Below are positions 1 through 9,725 of a stretch of 64,000 nt of DNA, piece by piece (position 1 is the stretch's first letter; the number at the start of each line of letters is the position of its first letter). Both the position numbers and the translations under genes were made by a program. The notes beneath the pieces are model-generated. The model ran no database searches and was not told the DNA's origin. It saw only the letters and a program-made list of their open reading frames with translations. The stretch is from Planctomycetota bacterium (GTDB taxonomy: Bacteria > Planctomycetota > UBA1135 > UBA2386), in assembly GCA_965223545.1 (NCBI GenBank), contig OZ245006.1:3328001-3392000 (forward strand). The letters are read 5' to 3'.

Positions 1-402
1 CTCGTGGAACGGGTTGAGCGGGCTCTGCGGATCCGCGGCGATCGCGAACAGGTGGCGCGAAAAGCGATGATAGGGCTCGATCACGTCGAGCTTCTTGTGC
101 AGCAGCGCCGCCAGCCGTGCGCCGAGATCTCGCTCGCCCGCCAGCTCGGGCGCACTCGCCGCCGCCAGCGCGTCGTACATCTCGGCGTAGAACGCCTGCA
201 ACAGGTGCGCCTTGGAGGCGAAGTAGTAGTAGGCGTTGCCGACCGAGACCCCCGCGCTGGCAGCCACGGCCCGCATCGTCGTCGCCTCGTAGCCAACGTC
301 GCGAAACAGCTCCATGGCCGCGTCGACGATGCGGCGCCGGGTGTCTTTCGCCTTGGGCGTCGTCGCCCGGGCTGCCGACGGGTTGCGGTGCGTGGCGCTC
401 AC
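1..402 (-). CDS. TetR/AcrR family transcriptional regulator (3' end runs off the window)
   Basis: Manual translation from GTG at 402 gives (M)SATHRNPSAARATTPKAKDTRRRIVDAAMELFRDVGYEATTMRAVAASAGVSVGNAYYYFASKAHLL..., a classic TetR N-terminal HTH. Absent from the ORF track because it has no stop inside the window. Confidence 0.9.
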   Translation of the reverse strand, partial: MSATHRNPSAARATTPKAKDTRRRIVDAAMELFRDVGYEATTMRAVAASAGVSVGNAYYYFASKAHLLQAFYAEMYDALAAASAPELAGERDLGARLAALLHKKLDVIEPYHRFSRHLFAIAADPQSPLNPFHE

Positions 403-444
403 CGCGTCTTTGTAGCACGCCACGGCAGGTGACTCGATGGCGCC

Positions 445-825
445 TCAGCTGCGGCCCGCCGCCGCAGCAGCCAGGGACTTGGCCCGGCCGTAGTGGCGGA
501 AGCGGGTCAGGACGAAGAGGTTGAAGAAGTGCATCGCGCCGAGCACCAGCAGCACCATCCCGACCTTCTGCGACAGCACCTCGAAGACGCCCTTCGTGTT
601 CATCACCCGATCGGTGACGCGCAGCGCCAGGCAGACGTAGCCCAAGTTGACCAGGTAGAAGCCGACCACGAGCAGGTGGTTGACCGAGCTCGCGAGCTCG
701 CGGTTGCCCAGACAGACGTCGACCAGGAACACCCGGCCGTTGCGGAAGAGGGTATTGGCCACCCAGACGGTCAGGGTGACGCTCAGCATCAGGTAGATCG
801 AGTACGCGATCACGGTGTAATCCAC
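445..825 (-). CDS. Small integral membrane protein (~126 aa, about 3 TM), probably co-transcribed with the TetR
   Basis: GTG at 825 with GGAGG 5 nt upstream. Hydrophobic segments YSIYLMLSVTLTVWVA, LLVVGFYLVNLGYVCLAL and VGMVLLVLGAMHFFNLFVL. The ORF-track start at 1056 is over-extended. Confidence 0.8.
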   Translation of the reverse strand: MDYTVIAYSIYLMLSVTLTVWVANTLFRNGRVFLVDVCLGNRELASSVNHLLVVGFYLVNLGYVCLALRVTDRVMNTKGVFEVLSQKVGMVLLVLGAMHFFNLFVLTRFRHYGRAKSLAAAAAGRS

Positions 826-849
826 GGCATCCTCCAGGGTTTGTGCCTT

Positions 850-863
850 TTGAACTTGTTCAA
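850..863. promoter_or_regulatory. Palindromic operator TTGAAC-TT-GTTCAA (putative TetR site 1)
   Basis: Perfect 6-bp inverted repeat abutting a minus-strand promoter candidate, GTGACC(891-886)-N17-TAGAGT(868-863). Confidence 0.6.
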
Positions 864-899
864 CTCTATCGGCCCGGGCGGCGTCGGTCACAGGCAAAA

Positions 900-913
900 T
901 TGAACGCGTTCTA
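900..913. promoter_or_regulatory. Second operator copy TTGAAC-GC-GTTCTA (putative TetR site 2)
   Basis: Near-identical palindrome 50 bp from site 1, in an AT-rich intergenic patch. Confidence 0.5.
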
Positions 914-982
914 AAAAAGTTCGCGGCGGCGAGCTGCTGGCTCCCATGCCAGCGCCGGGATCGCGGTAACGTGCGGGCCGCG

Positions 983-3454
983 ATGCGCTTGCTCCCCCTG
1001 CTGCTCACCGGCTGCCTCGCTGTTGCGCCGCCGTCACAGGAGTCCCGGCCCGACATCCTCCTGCTGATGCCCGACCAGATGCGGGGCGACTGCTTGTCGG
1101 CGCTCGGCCGGCCGGGCCTGCGGACACCGCAGCTCGACGCGCTGGTCAGGGACGGGACGCTGTTCCGCCGCGCCTACAGCACCGTGCCCTCGTGCATCCC
1201 CGCGCGCTACTCCTTGCTCACCGGTCTGTACCCGCAGACCAGCGGGGTGGTCGGCTTCAAGGGGCGGCGGATCGTGGCACCGACCCTGCCCCGGACGCTG
1301 GCCGACGCAGGCTACGACACCGTGCTGGTCGGCCGCCACATGCACCAATTCCCGGCCAGCGAGCCCTACGGCTACCGCCGGCGCATCCACGCCTCCACCT
1401 ACGTGGCGGACGACGACTACGACCGCGCGCTGCGCACGGCGCACCCCGAGACCGGCGGCATCCGCCCGCTGGTCGAGTCGCTGGGCCTCACCTTCAACCA
1501 CTGGCAGGCGGCGGCGTGGCCCCTGCCGCTCGAATGGCACCCCACGCACTGGATCGCGCGGACCGCGCGGCAGGTGATCGCCGATAGCGAGCTCGAGACG
1601 CCGCTGTTTCTGACGGCGTCGTTCTACGCCCCCCACCCGCCGCTGTTTCCGCCGGAGCGATTGTTCGAACACTACCTCGCGCTGGAGCTGCCGCCGCCGG
1701 TGATCGGCGACTGGGTCGACGTCGACGCGCTCAGCCCCGACGGCGACAAGAACGGCCACCGCATCCGCCTCGAGGGCGACCGGCTGCGGCGCGCGCGCGC
1801 CGGCTACTACGGCTTGATCGAAGACGTCGACGCGCAGATCGGGACCATCGTCGAGGCGTTTCGCGCCCGCAGCGAAGCCGCCGGCCGGCCCTGGGTCGTC
1901 GTCGTCACCTCCGACCACGGCGAGATGCTCGGTGACCACGGCTACTTCCGCAAATGCCAGCCCTACGAGGGGTCCGCCAACATCCCCCTGATCGTCACGG
2001 GCTCCGCCGCGCTGGGGTTCGAGGCCGGGAACGTGTGCAAGCGGCCCACGTGCTTGGAAGACGTGATGCCCACCCTCCTCGACCTCGCCGGCGTCGAGCC
2101 CCTGGCACCCGTCGATGGCGTCAGTCTGGCGCCGGTGCTGCGCGGCGACGTCGCCGACCTACGACCTTGGCTGCACCTCGAGCACGCGACGTGCTACAGC
2201 CGCGAGCAGGCGTTCCACGCCCTGACCGACGGACGCTACAAGTACGTCTGGCGGCCACTCACCGGCAAAGAACAGCTGTTCGACCTCGAGGGCGATCCGG
2301 GCGAACGCCGCGACCTCGCGGCCGACGCGACGCATGCCGACACGCTCGAGGAGTGGCGCCGCAGGCTGGTGGCGCGCCTGGCGCCGCGGCCGGAGGGTTT
2401 CTCGGACGGCTCGTCGCTGATCGCCGGCCGCCCCTACCGGCCATTGATCGCGCCGCGTTCTCGGGCGGCCGCGCAGCCGAGCCGCGACCCCGCTCTCGAG
2501 CACGTGCGCCGGCTCGAGCTCGACGCCGAGCGGCCACGCGCGGTGCGCGCGCTGTGGGCAATGGGCGCCGCGGCGGTCCCCGCTCTGGTAACGCTCCTCG
2601 AGGATCCACGCCCCGAGATGGTCGACCACGCCGCTCTGGTGCTCGGGTCGATCGGCCCGGCCGCCAGCCGAGCCCTCGAACCGCTGCGCGCCTGCGCCGC
2701 GGCCACCGATCGGCCGGCGGCGCACTGGGCCGCGCACCGGGTGGCGACCCAAGGTCGCACTGTGTTCACGGACTACAGCGGCGGGAGCGCCCTCGAACTC
2801 CTGCCCGGTGGCGGCGCTGCGCCGGTCTTGTCGGTCCTCACCTGGATCTACGACATCGAGCCGCTGCCCTCGGGCAATTGGCTGGTCGCCCGCGACTCGT
2901 TCGGTGTGGAGGAATACACCCCCAACGGCGATCTGGTCTGGCGCAACCCCACTCCGAGTTGGGACGCGGACAGGCTCCCCAACGGCAACACGTTGATCGC
3001 CGACGTCCTCGGCGCCCGCGTGATCGAGGTCGACCCGGGCGGCGACATCGTGTGGCAGGTCGAGGGGCTGGCGATGCCGGCAGAAGCCCAACGGCTCCCC
3101 GACGGCAACACGCTGGTCGTTCTGGCGACCGAGGGCAAGGTGGTCGAGGTCGATCCCTCCGGCGCCACGGTGTGGAGCGTCGACGGTCTGCCCACTCCGC
3201 TCGACGACGCCGAGCGCTTGCCCGACGGGACGACACTGATCGGCGGCAATGGCGACGGCCTGGTGTGCGTCGTGGACCGGGACGGCCAACGCCGGTGGGC
3301 CGTAGAGGGACTGCCGCGGCCCAACGACGTCGATCTGCTGCCGGACGGCGGGCTCTTGTGGGCAGGGTACGACGGCATCTTCCAGCGCTCGCCGGATGGC
3401 GTGCAGACGTGTCTGTTCGAGCTGCGGGTGGCTGGGGAGGTGTGCCGCTTCTGA
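983..3454 (+). CDS. Sulfatase (FGly-type) with lipoprotein-like signal, fused to a C-terminal HEAT-like repeat and beta-propeller repeats
   Basis: Lipobox-like N-terminus MRLLPLLLTGC. Sulfatase motifs PDILLLMPDQ, CIPAR (CxPxR), SLLTG, PHPP, TSDHGEMLGDHG and EQLFDL. The C-terminal third has AAVPALVTLLED (HEAT-like) and repeated xRLPxGNTLI/VIEVDPxGxIVW units. Confidence 0.85.
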   Translation: MRLLPLLLTGCLAVAPPSQESRPDILLLMPDQMRGDCLSALGRPGLRTPQLDALVRDGTLFRRAYSTVPSCIPARYSLLTGLYPQTSGVVGFKGRRIVAPTLPRTLADAGYDTVLVGRHMHQFPASEPYGYRRRIHASTYVADDDYDRALRTAHPETGGIRPLVESLGLTFNHWQAAAWPLPLEWHPTHWIARTARQVIADSELETPLFLTASFYAPHPPLFPPERLFEHYLALELPPPVIGDWVDVDALSPDGDKNGHRIRLEGDRLRRARAGYYGLIEDVDAQIGTIVEAFRARSEAAGRPWVVVVTSDHGEMLGDHGYFRKCQPYEGSANIPLIVTGSAALGFEAGNVCKRPTCLEDVMPTLLDLAGVEPLAPVDGVSLAPVLRGDVADLRPWLHLEHATCYSREQAFHALTDGRYKYVWRPLTGKEQLFDLEGDPGERRDLAADATHADTLEEWRRRLVARLAPRPEGFSDGSSLIAGRPYRPLIAPRSRAAAQPSRDPALEHVRRLELDAERPRAVRALWAMGAAAVPALVTLLEDPRPEMVDHAALVLGSIGPAASRALEPLRACAAATDRPAAHWAAHRVATQGRTVFTDYSGGSALELLPGGGAAPVLSVLTWIYDIEPLPSGNWLVARDSFGVEEYTPNGDLVWRNPTPSWDADRLPNGNTLIADVLGARVIEVDPGGDIVWQVEGLAMPAEAQRLPDGNTLVVLATEGKVVEVDPSGATVWSVDGLPTPLDDAERLPDGTTLIGGNGDGLVCVVDRDGQRRWAVEGLPRPNDVDLLPDGGLLWAGYDGIFQRSPDGVQTCLFELRVAGEVCRF

Positions 3455-3511
3455 TCCGGCGCCCGGAATGATTGAGACGCACGTCCACTGCCGTGCAACT
3501 CAGGGCAAGCC

Positions 3512-6500
3512 ATGAGACCCACCACCGCCGCGATCGCCGCCCTGACCGTCTTGGCCGCTGCGAGCACCCCCGAGCCCTCGACTGCCCAAGCCGCCAACCC
3601 GCGCCTGCTGCTGGATATCAACACGGCGCCCGCGCCCCCCCTGTCGAGCCATCCGGCCGACGCCACGCGGTTGGGGCGGTGGATCTACTTCGTCGCGACC
3701 ACGCCGCAGACCGGCACCGAGCTGTTCCGCACCGACGGGTCGACGGCCGAGCTGGTCGTCGACCTGACGCCCGGTCCGGGCAGCTCGACCATCACCAACT
3801 TGGTCTCCACCGGCGCCGCCCTGTTCTTCGGCCACAGCGACCACCGCGGCGACGAGCTCTGGACCAGCGATGGGTCCGCGGCGGGAACCCGGATCGTCAA
3901 GGACATCCGCGAAGGCGACGGGAGCTCGCAGCCCCGCCTGCTCACGCCATCGAACGGCCGGTTGTTCTTCGTCGCGGTCGACAGCCGCGGTGAGGAGCCG
4001 TGGGTCAGTGACGGCACCGAGGCGGGCACCATGCAGCTGCTGGACATCAATCCGAGCGTGTCGTCGTCGTCCGTCCAGCACATGGAGGCGTTTGCCGGGG
4101 GGGTGGTGTTCGACGCGTTCTCGATCGGCACCGGGATCGAGCCGTACTACTCGGACGGCTCGCCGGCGGGCACCGTCTTGCTCAGCGACATCGTCCCGGG
4201 ATTCGTCAGCGGCTCGCCGAGGGACTTCGCCGTGCTCGGCAATCGCGTGTTCTTCGTCGCCAACCACCCGAGCACCGGCCGCGAGCTGTGGGCGAGCGAC
4301 GGCACTCCGGGCGGAACGTCGCTGTTTGCCGACCTGGTCCCGGGAACGACCTCGAGCGCCGCCCGCGACCTCACCGTCTCGGGCGCGTTGCTGCTCTTCG
4401 GCGCCACCGACCCGGCGACTGGCGAGGAGCTGTGGGTGTCGGACGGCACCCGGACCGGGACGCGACTCGTCACCGACCTCCTCGCCGGCAGCGGCTCCGG
4501 CTACCGGGGGCCGATGGCCTCGATGCAGGACGGTCGCGTCCTGTTCGGGGCGAACGACGGGACGACCGGCGTCGAGCCGTGGGTGTCGGACGGCACCGCC
4601 GCGGGCACGCGGTTGGTCGCCGACACGGTACCGGGCGCGGGCAGCGCGTCACTGCGTGAGCTCACGTCCGCGGTCGGCCGCGTCTTCTTCACGAACTCGA
4701 CCGTTGCGGCTGGCGCCGAGCCATGGGTCGCGGACGGATCGGCGGCGTTCATGCTGCGCGACATCCGACCGGGCCCCCAGGGCTCGGCTCCGCGACTCTG
4801 GGGCATCGATCCGGCATCGGGCAGACTGCTCTTCACTGCCACGGATCCGATCAGTGGGGCGGAGCTTTGGGCCAGCGACGGAACGCCGGCGGGCACGGCC
4901 ATGCTGGTGGACGCGACTCCCCAGATCGGAGCGACGCTGCCGTCCATGCCGCGCGGTTTCACCCACGCGTATGGCACGACGTTCTTCACCGCCGACTCCT
5001 CCACGGGTTCGGACGAGCTGTGGAAGACCGACGGAACGCGCCCCGGCACGACCCGCGTCGGGACGGTCACCCCAACGACGACGCCGATGGCTGTCGCGGG
5101 ATCTCTCCTGTTCTTCAGCAGCGACGAATCATCCATCGGCATCGAACTCTGGATCAGCGACGGCACTGACGCGGGCACGTTCCCCATCGACGTCTACGTC
5201 GGTCGGGCGTCCTCCGCCCCCACCGATCTGACACCCGTCGGAAACCGCATCTTCTTCAGCGCACTCAACAACACCGGGCGAGAGCTATGGCTGTCGGACG
5301 GGACCGTGGCCGGGACTCGACTCGTCAGCGACATCGCCTTCGGTGGACGGAGCTCCTCGCCGAGTCACCTGACAGACATGAGCGGCAGCCTTCTGTTCAC
5401 TGCCGACGACGGCTCGACCGGTCGCGAGCTCTGGGTCAGCGATGGCAGCTCGATCGGCACGCGGCAGCTGGCCGACATCTTTTCGGGCGCGGGGAGCGCG
5501 AACCCCGACGGCCTGACCCCTGCCGGCGACCTGGTGTTCTTCACCGCCAACGACGGTGTCAGCGGCATCGAACTATGGGTCACCGACGGCACGGCCGGGG
5601 GGACACGTCTGGTTGCCGATCTGAACCCGGGGTTCGGCAGCAGCACTCCTCGCGATCTCACCGCGATCGGGAGCACGGTGTTCTTCGTGGCCAACGACGG
5701 CGTCAACGGCCTCGAGCTGTGGCAGTCGGACGGCACCGCCGGTGGCACGCGCCTGGTCGCCGACATCGTACCCGGACTCGCGAGCTCTTCTCCGGCCGAG
5801 CTGACCCGCGTCGGCCACCGGCTCATGTTCACCGCGGTGACCGCGGTCGCCGGCCGCGAGCCCTGGGTCTCGGACGGAACGCCGCTGGGCACCACGATGA
5901 TCGCCGACCTCGCACCGGGCACGGTCAGCTCGCGGCCGACCGACTTGGTCGCCAGCGGCTCGCGCCACGTGTTCTTCATGGCCAACAACGGTGGCGCCGA
6001 GACGCACTTGTGGCGAAGCGACGGCACGGCGCCCGGCACTGTCACCGTCGCCGAGAGCATCGGCTCCGGCGGCTGCCCCACCGACCTCACCTTGGCCAGC
6101 GGTCAGCTGGTGTTCGCCGGCGAGGATCCGCAATTCGGCTGCGAGCCCTTCGCCCTCGATCTCGGCGCGGCCACGCAACCCGTCGGCTTCGCCTGCGGCG
6201 CAGGGCGGCGACCCGAGATGGAGACCACGGACCCGGTGCTGGGCGCGGTGATGCAGATCGACGGGCGCCAAGCTCCCCCGAACGGGGCGGGTTGCGTGCT
6301 CTTCGGCCTGCCGAGCCCTCCGGTCCTCTTCGCCGCCCGACCGGGCAACGCGTGCGCGCTGTTCATGACCCGACCCGAGGTGCTCGCCTCGGTGAGCGCC
6401 ACCGCGGCATCCACCTTCGGCCTGCCGGTGCCAGTGCCCAACGCACCGGCCCTCGCCGGCCTCGATGTGGCCATGCAGGCGGTCTTCGCGCCGACGCCGG

Positions 6501-6553
6501 CACCGGCCGGCGGCGACACGACCAATGCGGTCGTCTTGACCTTGGGGCGGTGA
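3512..6553 (+). CDS. Secreted ELWxxDGT-repeat protein, paralogue 1, with shared C-terminal domain
   Basis: Signal peptide, 17 E(L/P)(W/F/Y)xxDG(T/S)-type repeats plus a terminal EPF, and C-terminal domain VGFACG...SN/TNAVxLxLG. Confidence 0.9.
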   Translation: MRPTTAAIAALTVLAAASTPEPSTAQAANPRLLLDINTAPAPPLSSHPADATRLGRWIYFVATTPQTGTELFRTDGSTAELVVDLTPGPGSSTITNLVSTGAALFFGHSDHRGDELWTSDGSAAGTRIVKDIREGDGSSQPRLLTPSNGRLFFVAVDSRGEEPWVSDGTEAGTMQLLDINPSVSSSSVQHMEAFAGGVVFDAFSIGTGIEPYYSDGSPAGTVLLSDIVPGFVSGSPRDFAVLGNRVFFVANHPSTGRELWASDGTPGGTSLFADLVPGTTSSAARDLTVSGALLLFGATDPATGEELWVSDGTRTGTRLVTDLLAGSGSGYRGPMASMQDGRVLFGANDGTTGVEPWVSDGTAAGTRLVADTVPGAGSASLRELTSAVGRVFFTNSTVAAGAEPWVADGSAAFMLRDIRPGPQGSAPRLWGIDPASGRLLFTATDPISGAELWASDGTPAGTAMLVDATPQIGATLPSMPRGFTHAYGTTFFTADSSTGSDELWKTDGTRPGTTRVGTVTPTTTPMAVAGSLLFFSSDESSIGIELWISDGTDAGTFPIDVYVGRASSAPTDLTPVGNRIFFSALNNTGRELWLSDGTVAGTRLVSDIAFGGRSSSPSHLTDMSGSLLFTADDGSTGRELWVSDGSSIGTRQLADIFSGAGSANPDGLTPAGDLVFFTANDGVSGIELWVTDGTAGGTRLVADLNPGFGSSTPRDLTAIGSTVFFVANDGVNGLELWQSDGTAGGTRLVADIVPGLASSSPAELTRVGHRLMFTAVTAVAGREPWVSDGTPLGTTMIADLAPGTVSSRPTDLVASGSRHVFFMANNGGAETHLWRSDGTAPGTVTVAESIGSGGCPTDLTLASGQLVFAGEDPQFGCEPFALDLGAATQPVGFACGAGRRPEMETTDPVLGAVMQIDGRQAPPNGAGCVLFGLPSPPVLFAARPGNACALFMTRPEVLASVSATAASTFGLPVPVPNAPALAGLDVAMQAVFAPTPAPAGGDTTNAVVLTLGR

Positions 6554-6656
6554 TCCGCGCGAATCGCGAGGCGCGCGGCGGCGTGCGTTTCGTGGGACAC
6601 ACCCCGGCGCGGCGGCAAACCCCAGGCATCCACCAACGCCTACGGAGCGCCCCGCG

Positions 6657-9600
6657 ATGCCTCGACCGACCCCCTCTGCCCTCCTTGCCGGCTTGGCCGC
6701 CCTGTTGCCAATCGCGCCGCCGTCACTCGCGGCGCAAGGCCCCCGGCTGCTGCTCGACGTCAATCGAACCAGGCAACCAGAAGCAGGTTCCATGCCACGC
6801 GACGCAGCCGTCCTGGGCGCATGGGTCTATTACACCGCGACCACTCCCTCCACCGGACGCGAGCTGTTCCGCACCAATGGAGTCAGGATCGAGTTGGTCG
6901 TCGACCTGCAGCCCGGCACAGCCAGCGCGTCCATCACCGGTCTCGTCTCGACGGGAACGGCATTGTTCTTCGCGCACACCGATGCGGCCGGTACCGAACT
7001 CTGGACATCGGACGGCACGGCCGCCGGGACCCGCATCGTCAAGGACATCGTCGAGGGCAGCACCGGCTCCGACCCCCGGGACCTCACCGTGGCTGCGGGC
7101 AAGGTCTTCTTTTCCGCCGCGGATGCCGCGGGTCGTGAACCGTGGGTCAGCGACGGAACCGAAGGCGGAACGGTGGCGCTCGGCGACCTCAACCCCGGAG
7201 CCGCCGACTCGGTCCCTGCACTGTTTACACCGTTCGCGAACGGGATCGTGTTCAGTGCGCATTCGGCCGTCGAGGGAACCGAGCCCTATGTGTCCGACGG
7301 CACCCCGACCGGCACGACCCGCCTCGGCGACCTCAATCCGGGGATCGCGAGCTCGAACCCTCGACACTTCGCGCCTCTCGGCAGCACTGTGTACTTCGTC
7401 GCCGACCATCCGGCGTCGGGCACCGAGCTCTGGGCATCCGACGGGACCGCCGCTCGCACCGCCCTGTTCCTGGACCTGAACGCCGGCGCCCAGTCGAGCG
7501 ACCCGCGTGACTTGACAGTGTCGGGCACTCGGCTGTTCTTTGCGGCGGACGACGGCTCGTTCGGGTTGGAGCCTTGGGTGTCGGACGGCACCCAAGCCGG
7601 AACGCGCGTTGCCGACGACATCCTGCCGGGCCCGGCGTCGGGCTACCGGGGTCCGATGGGATCTCTTGGCGACGGTCGAGTCGTGTTCGTCGGAGACGAC
7701 GGCATCGTCGGCGGCGAGCCCTGGGTCTCCGACGGCACGGCGCTGGGTACGTTTCTGTTGGTCGATGCTTGGGCCGGCGCTCCCGGCCTGCCGATGGGGA
7801 ACTTCGTCTCTTCGGTCGGGCGGGTGTTCTTCATCGCGCTGTTGCCGACGACTGCCCTCGAACCGTGGGTGTCGGACGGCACCACCAGCGGCACCAAGGT
7901 GTTGCGCGACATCGCGCCGGGCAGCGCGGCGTCGTTGCCAATGCTCCAGCTCGTACACCCGACCACCAACGCGCTGATCTTCTCGGCCAACGACGGCACG
8001 CTCGGTGACGAGCTGTGGCAGAGCGACGGCACCCTCGCCGGCACCGTCGTGCTGGCGAACACTCTGACGGCGCCGGCCGGCGCGACGAGGTCCTCCGACG
8101 CCACCGACTATGCGCACGCGTTCGGCACCACGTACTTCGCGGCGGACAGCGGCAGCGGCGTTCACCAGCTGTGGAAGACCGACGGGGCCTCGGCGGGGAC
8201 CGCCCGCGTCCACACCACGACCGTGACCACCACCGGAACGGCTCCGGTCGTGGTCGCCGGTGCCAACATCTACTTCCGTGCTCGGGACGCGACCAACGGT
8301 GACGAACTGTGGGTCAGCGACGGCACCTCCGGAGGAACGCGCATGCTACGCGACATCCGGCCCGGCCCGAGCTCGTCGAACGCCATCGCCCTGACCCCGG
8401 TCGGCGCTCGACTCTACTTCACTGCGAACGATGGCTCCACTGGCCAAGAGCTGTGGATCACCGACGGCACCACCACCGGCACTACCCGCGTGAAGGACAT
8501 CGACAACGGCCCGACGAGCTCGGCACCGAGCGCGCTGACCCGCCTGCACGGCTTCTTGTTGTGCGCGGCGGACGGTGGCTCCGAGTCCGGCCGCGAGCTC
8601 TGGATCAGCGACGGCACAGCAGGTGGGACGCGACTCTTGGCCGACATCGCTCCCGGGGCGGCCGGCTCGAATCCAGACGCTTTGACCCGCGCCGACGGCC
8701 AGGTCTTCTTCAGCGCGGACGACGGCAGCAGCGGCGTCGAGTTGTGGGTGACGGACGGCACGACGCCGGGCACGCGTCGCGTGGCCGATCTCTTCGCGGG
8801 CCCCGGCAGCAGTCGTCCCAGCGACTTCACGGCGGTCGGAGACTCGGTCTATTTCGTCGCCGATGACGGCACCACCGGCAGGGAGCTTTGGCGGTCGGAT
8901 GGCACTACCGCCGGCACGGCCCGTGTCGCCGACTTGGAGCCCGGCATCTTCAGCGCGGCACCGAGCGAGCTCACGCGGCTCGACGACCGCATCGTGTTCT
9001 CTGCGGTGACCGCGGCGGCCGGCCGCGAACCGTGGATCTCGGACGGCACCACCGCCGGCACCGTGCCGCTCGGCGATCTCGCCGCCGGCAGCGCTGGCTC
9101 GAACCCGGCCGACTTCACCGCATCGGGCACCCGCTTCGTCTTCTTCAGCGCGGACCCCGCCAGCGGTGTGCGCGAGCTCTGGCGAACCGATGGCACGGTC
9201 GCCGGCACCGTGGCACTCACCGCGGGACTCCCCGACGGGAAGTCGCCGACCGACCTCACCCTCGCCAGCGGCCAGCTGCTCTTCACCGCCATGGACTCGC
9301 TGCGCGGCCGCGAGCCGTTCGTGCTCGATCTCACCTCTGCAACGCAGCCCGTCGGTTTCGCCTGCGGCGCAGGCCGCCGCCCCGAGCTGGAGAGTACCGA
9401 CCCGATTCTCGGCGGCATCCTTCAGCTGCGCGGCCGTCAGGCGGCACCCGGCACCGCGGCGTTCGTGCTGCTCGGCCTGCCGAGTCCCCCCGCGGTCTTC
9501 GCCTCGCAGCCCGGCAACACGTGTGCCCTGTTCGTCAGCGTCCCCGCGGTGCTGGCGTCGCTGACGGTCGCGACCGGGTCCACCGAATGGCAGCTGGCCG

Positions 9601-9725
9601 TGCCCGTCCCCAACACTGCCGCTCTCGCCGGCCTCGACGTCGCGGCGCAGACGCTGTTCGCGCCGACAACCAGCCCTGCGGGCGCCGATGCCAGCAACGC
9701 GATCGTCCTGACCTTGGGGTCGTGA
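6657..9725 (+). CDS. Secreted ELWxxDGT-repeat protein, paralogue 2
   Basis: Same architecture as paralogue 1 and colinear with it. Signal peptide ends ...SLAAQ. Confidence 0.9.
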   Translation: MPRPTPSALLAGLAALLPIAPPSLAAQGPRLLLDVNRTRQPEAGSMPRDAAVLGAWVYYTATTPSTGRELFRTNGVRIELVVDLQPGTASASITGLVSTGTALFFAHTDAAGTELWTSDGTAAGTRIVKDIVEGSTGSDPRDLTVAAGKVFFSAADAAGREPWVSDGTEGGTVALGDLNPGAADSVPALFTPFANGIVFSAHSAVEGTEPYVSDGTPTGTTRLGDLNPGIASSNPRHFAPLGSTVYFVADHPASGTELWASDGTAARTALFLDLNAGAQSSDPRDLTVSGTRLFFAADDGSFGLEPWVSDGTQAGTRVADDILPGPASGYRGPMGSLGDGRVVFVGDDGIVGGEPWVSDGTALGTFLLVDAWAGAPGLPMGNFVSSVGRVFFIALLPTTALEPWVSDGTTSGTKVLRDIAPGSAASLPMLQLVHPTTNALIFSANDGTLGDELWQSDGTLAGTVVLANTLTAPAGATRSSDATDYAHAFGTTYFAADSGSGVHQLWKTDGASAGTARVHTTTVTTTGTAPVVVAGANIYFRARDATNGDELWVSDGTSGGTRMLRDIRPGPSSSNAIALTPVGARLYFTANDGSTGQELWITDGTTTGTTRVKDIDNGPTSSAPSALTRLHGFLLCAADGGSESGRELWISDGTAGGTRLLADIAPGAAGSNPDALTRADGQVFFSADDGSSGVELWVTDGTTPGTRRVADLFAGPGSSRPSDFTAVGDSVYFVADDGTTGRELWRSDGTTAGTARVADLEPGIFSAAPSELTRLDDRIVFSAVTAAAGREPWISDGTTAGTVPLGDLAAGSAGSNPADFTASGTRFVFFSADPASGVRELWRTDGTVAGTVALTAGLPDGKSPTDLTLASGQLLFTAMDSLRGREPFVLDLTSATQPVGFACGAGRRPELESTDPILGGILQLRGRQAAPGTAAFVLLGLPSPPAVFASQPGNTCALFVSVPAVLASLTVATGSTEWQLAVPVPNTAALAGLDVAAQTLFAPTTSPAGADASNAIVLTLGS

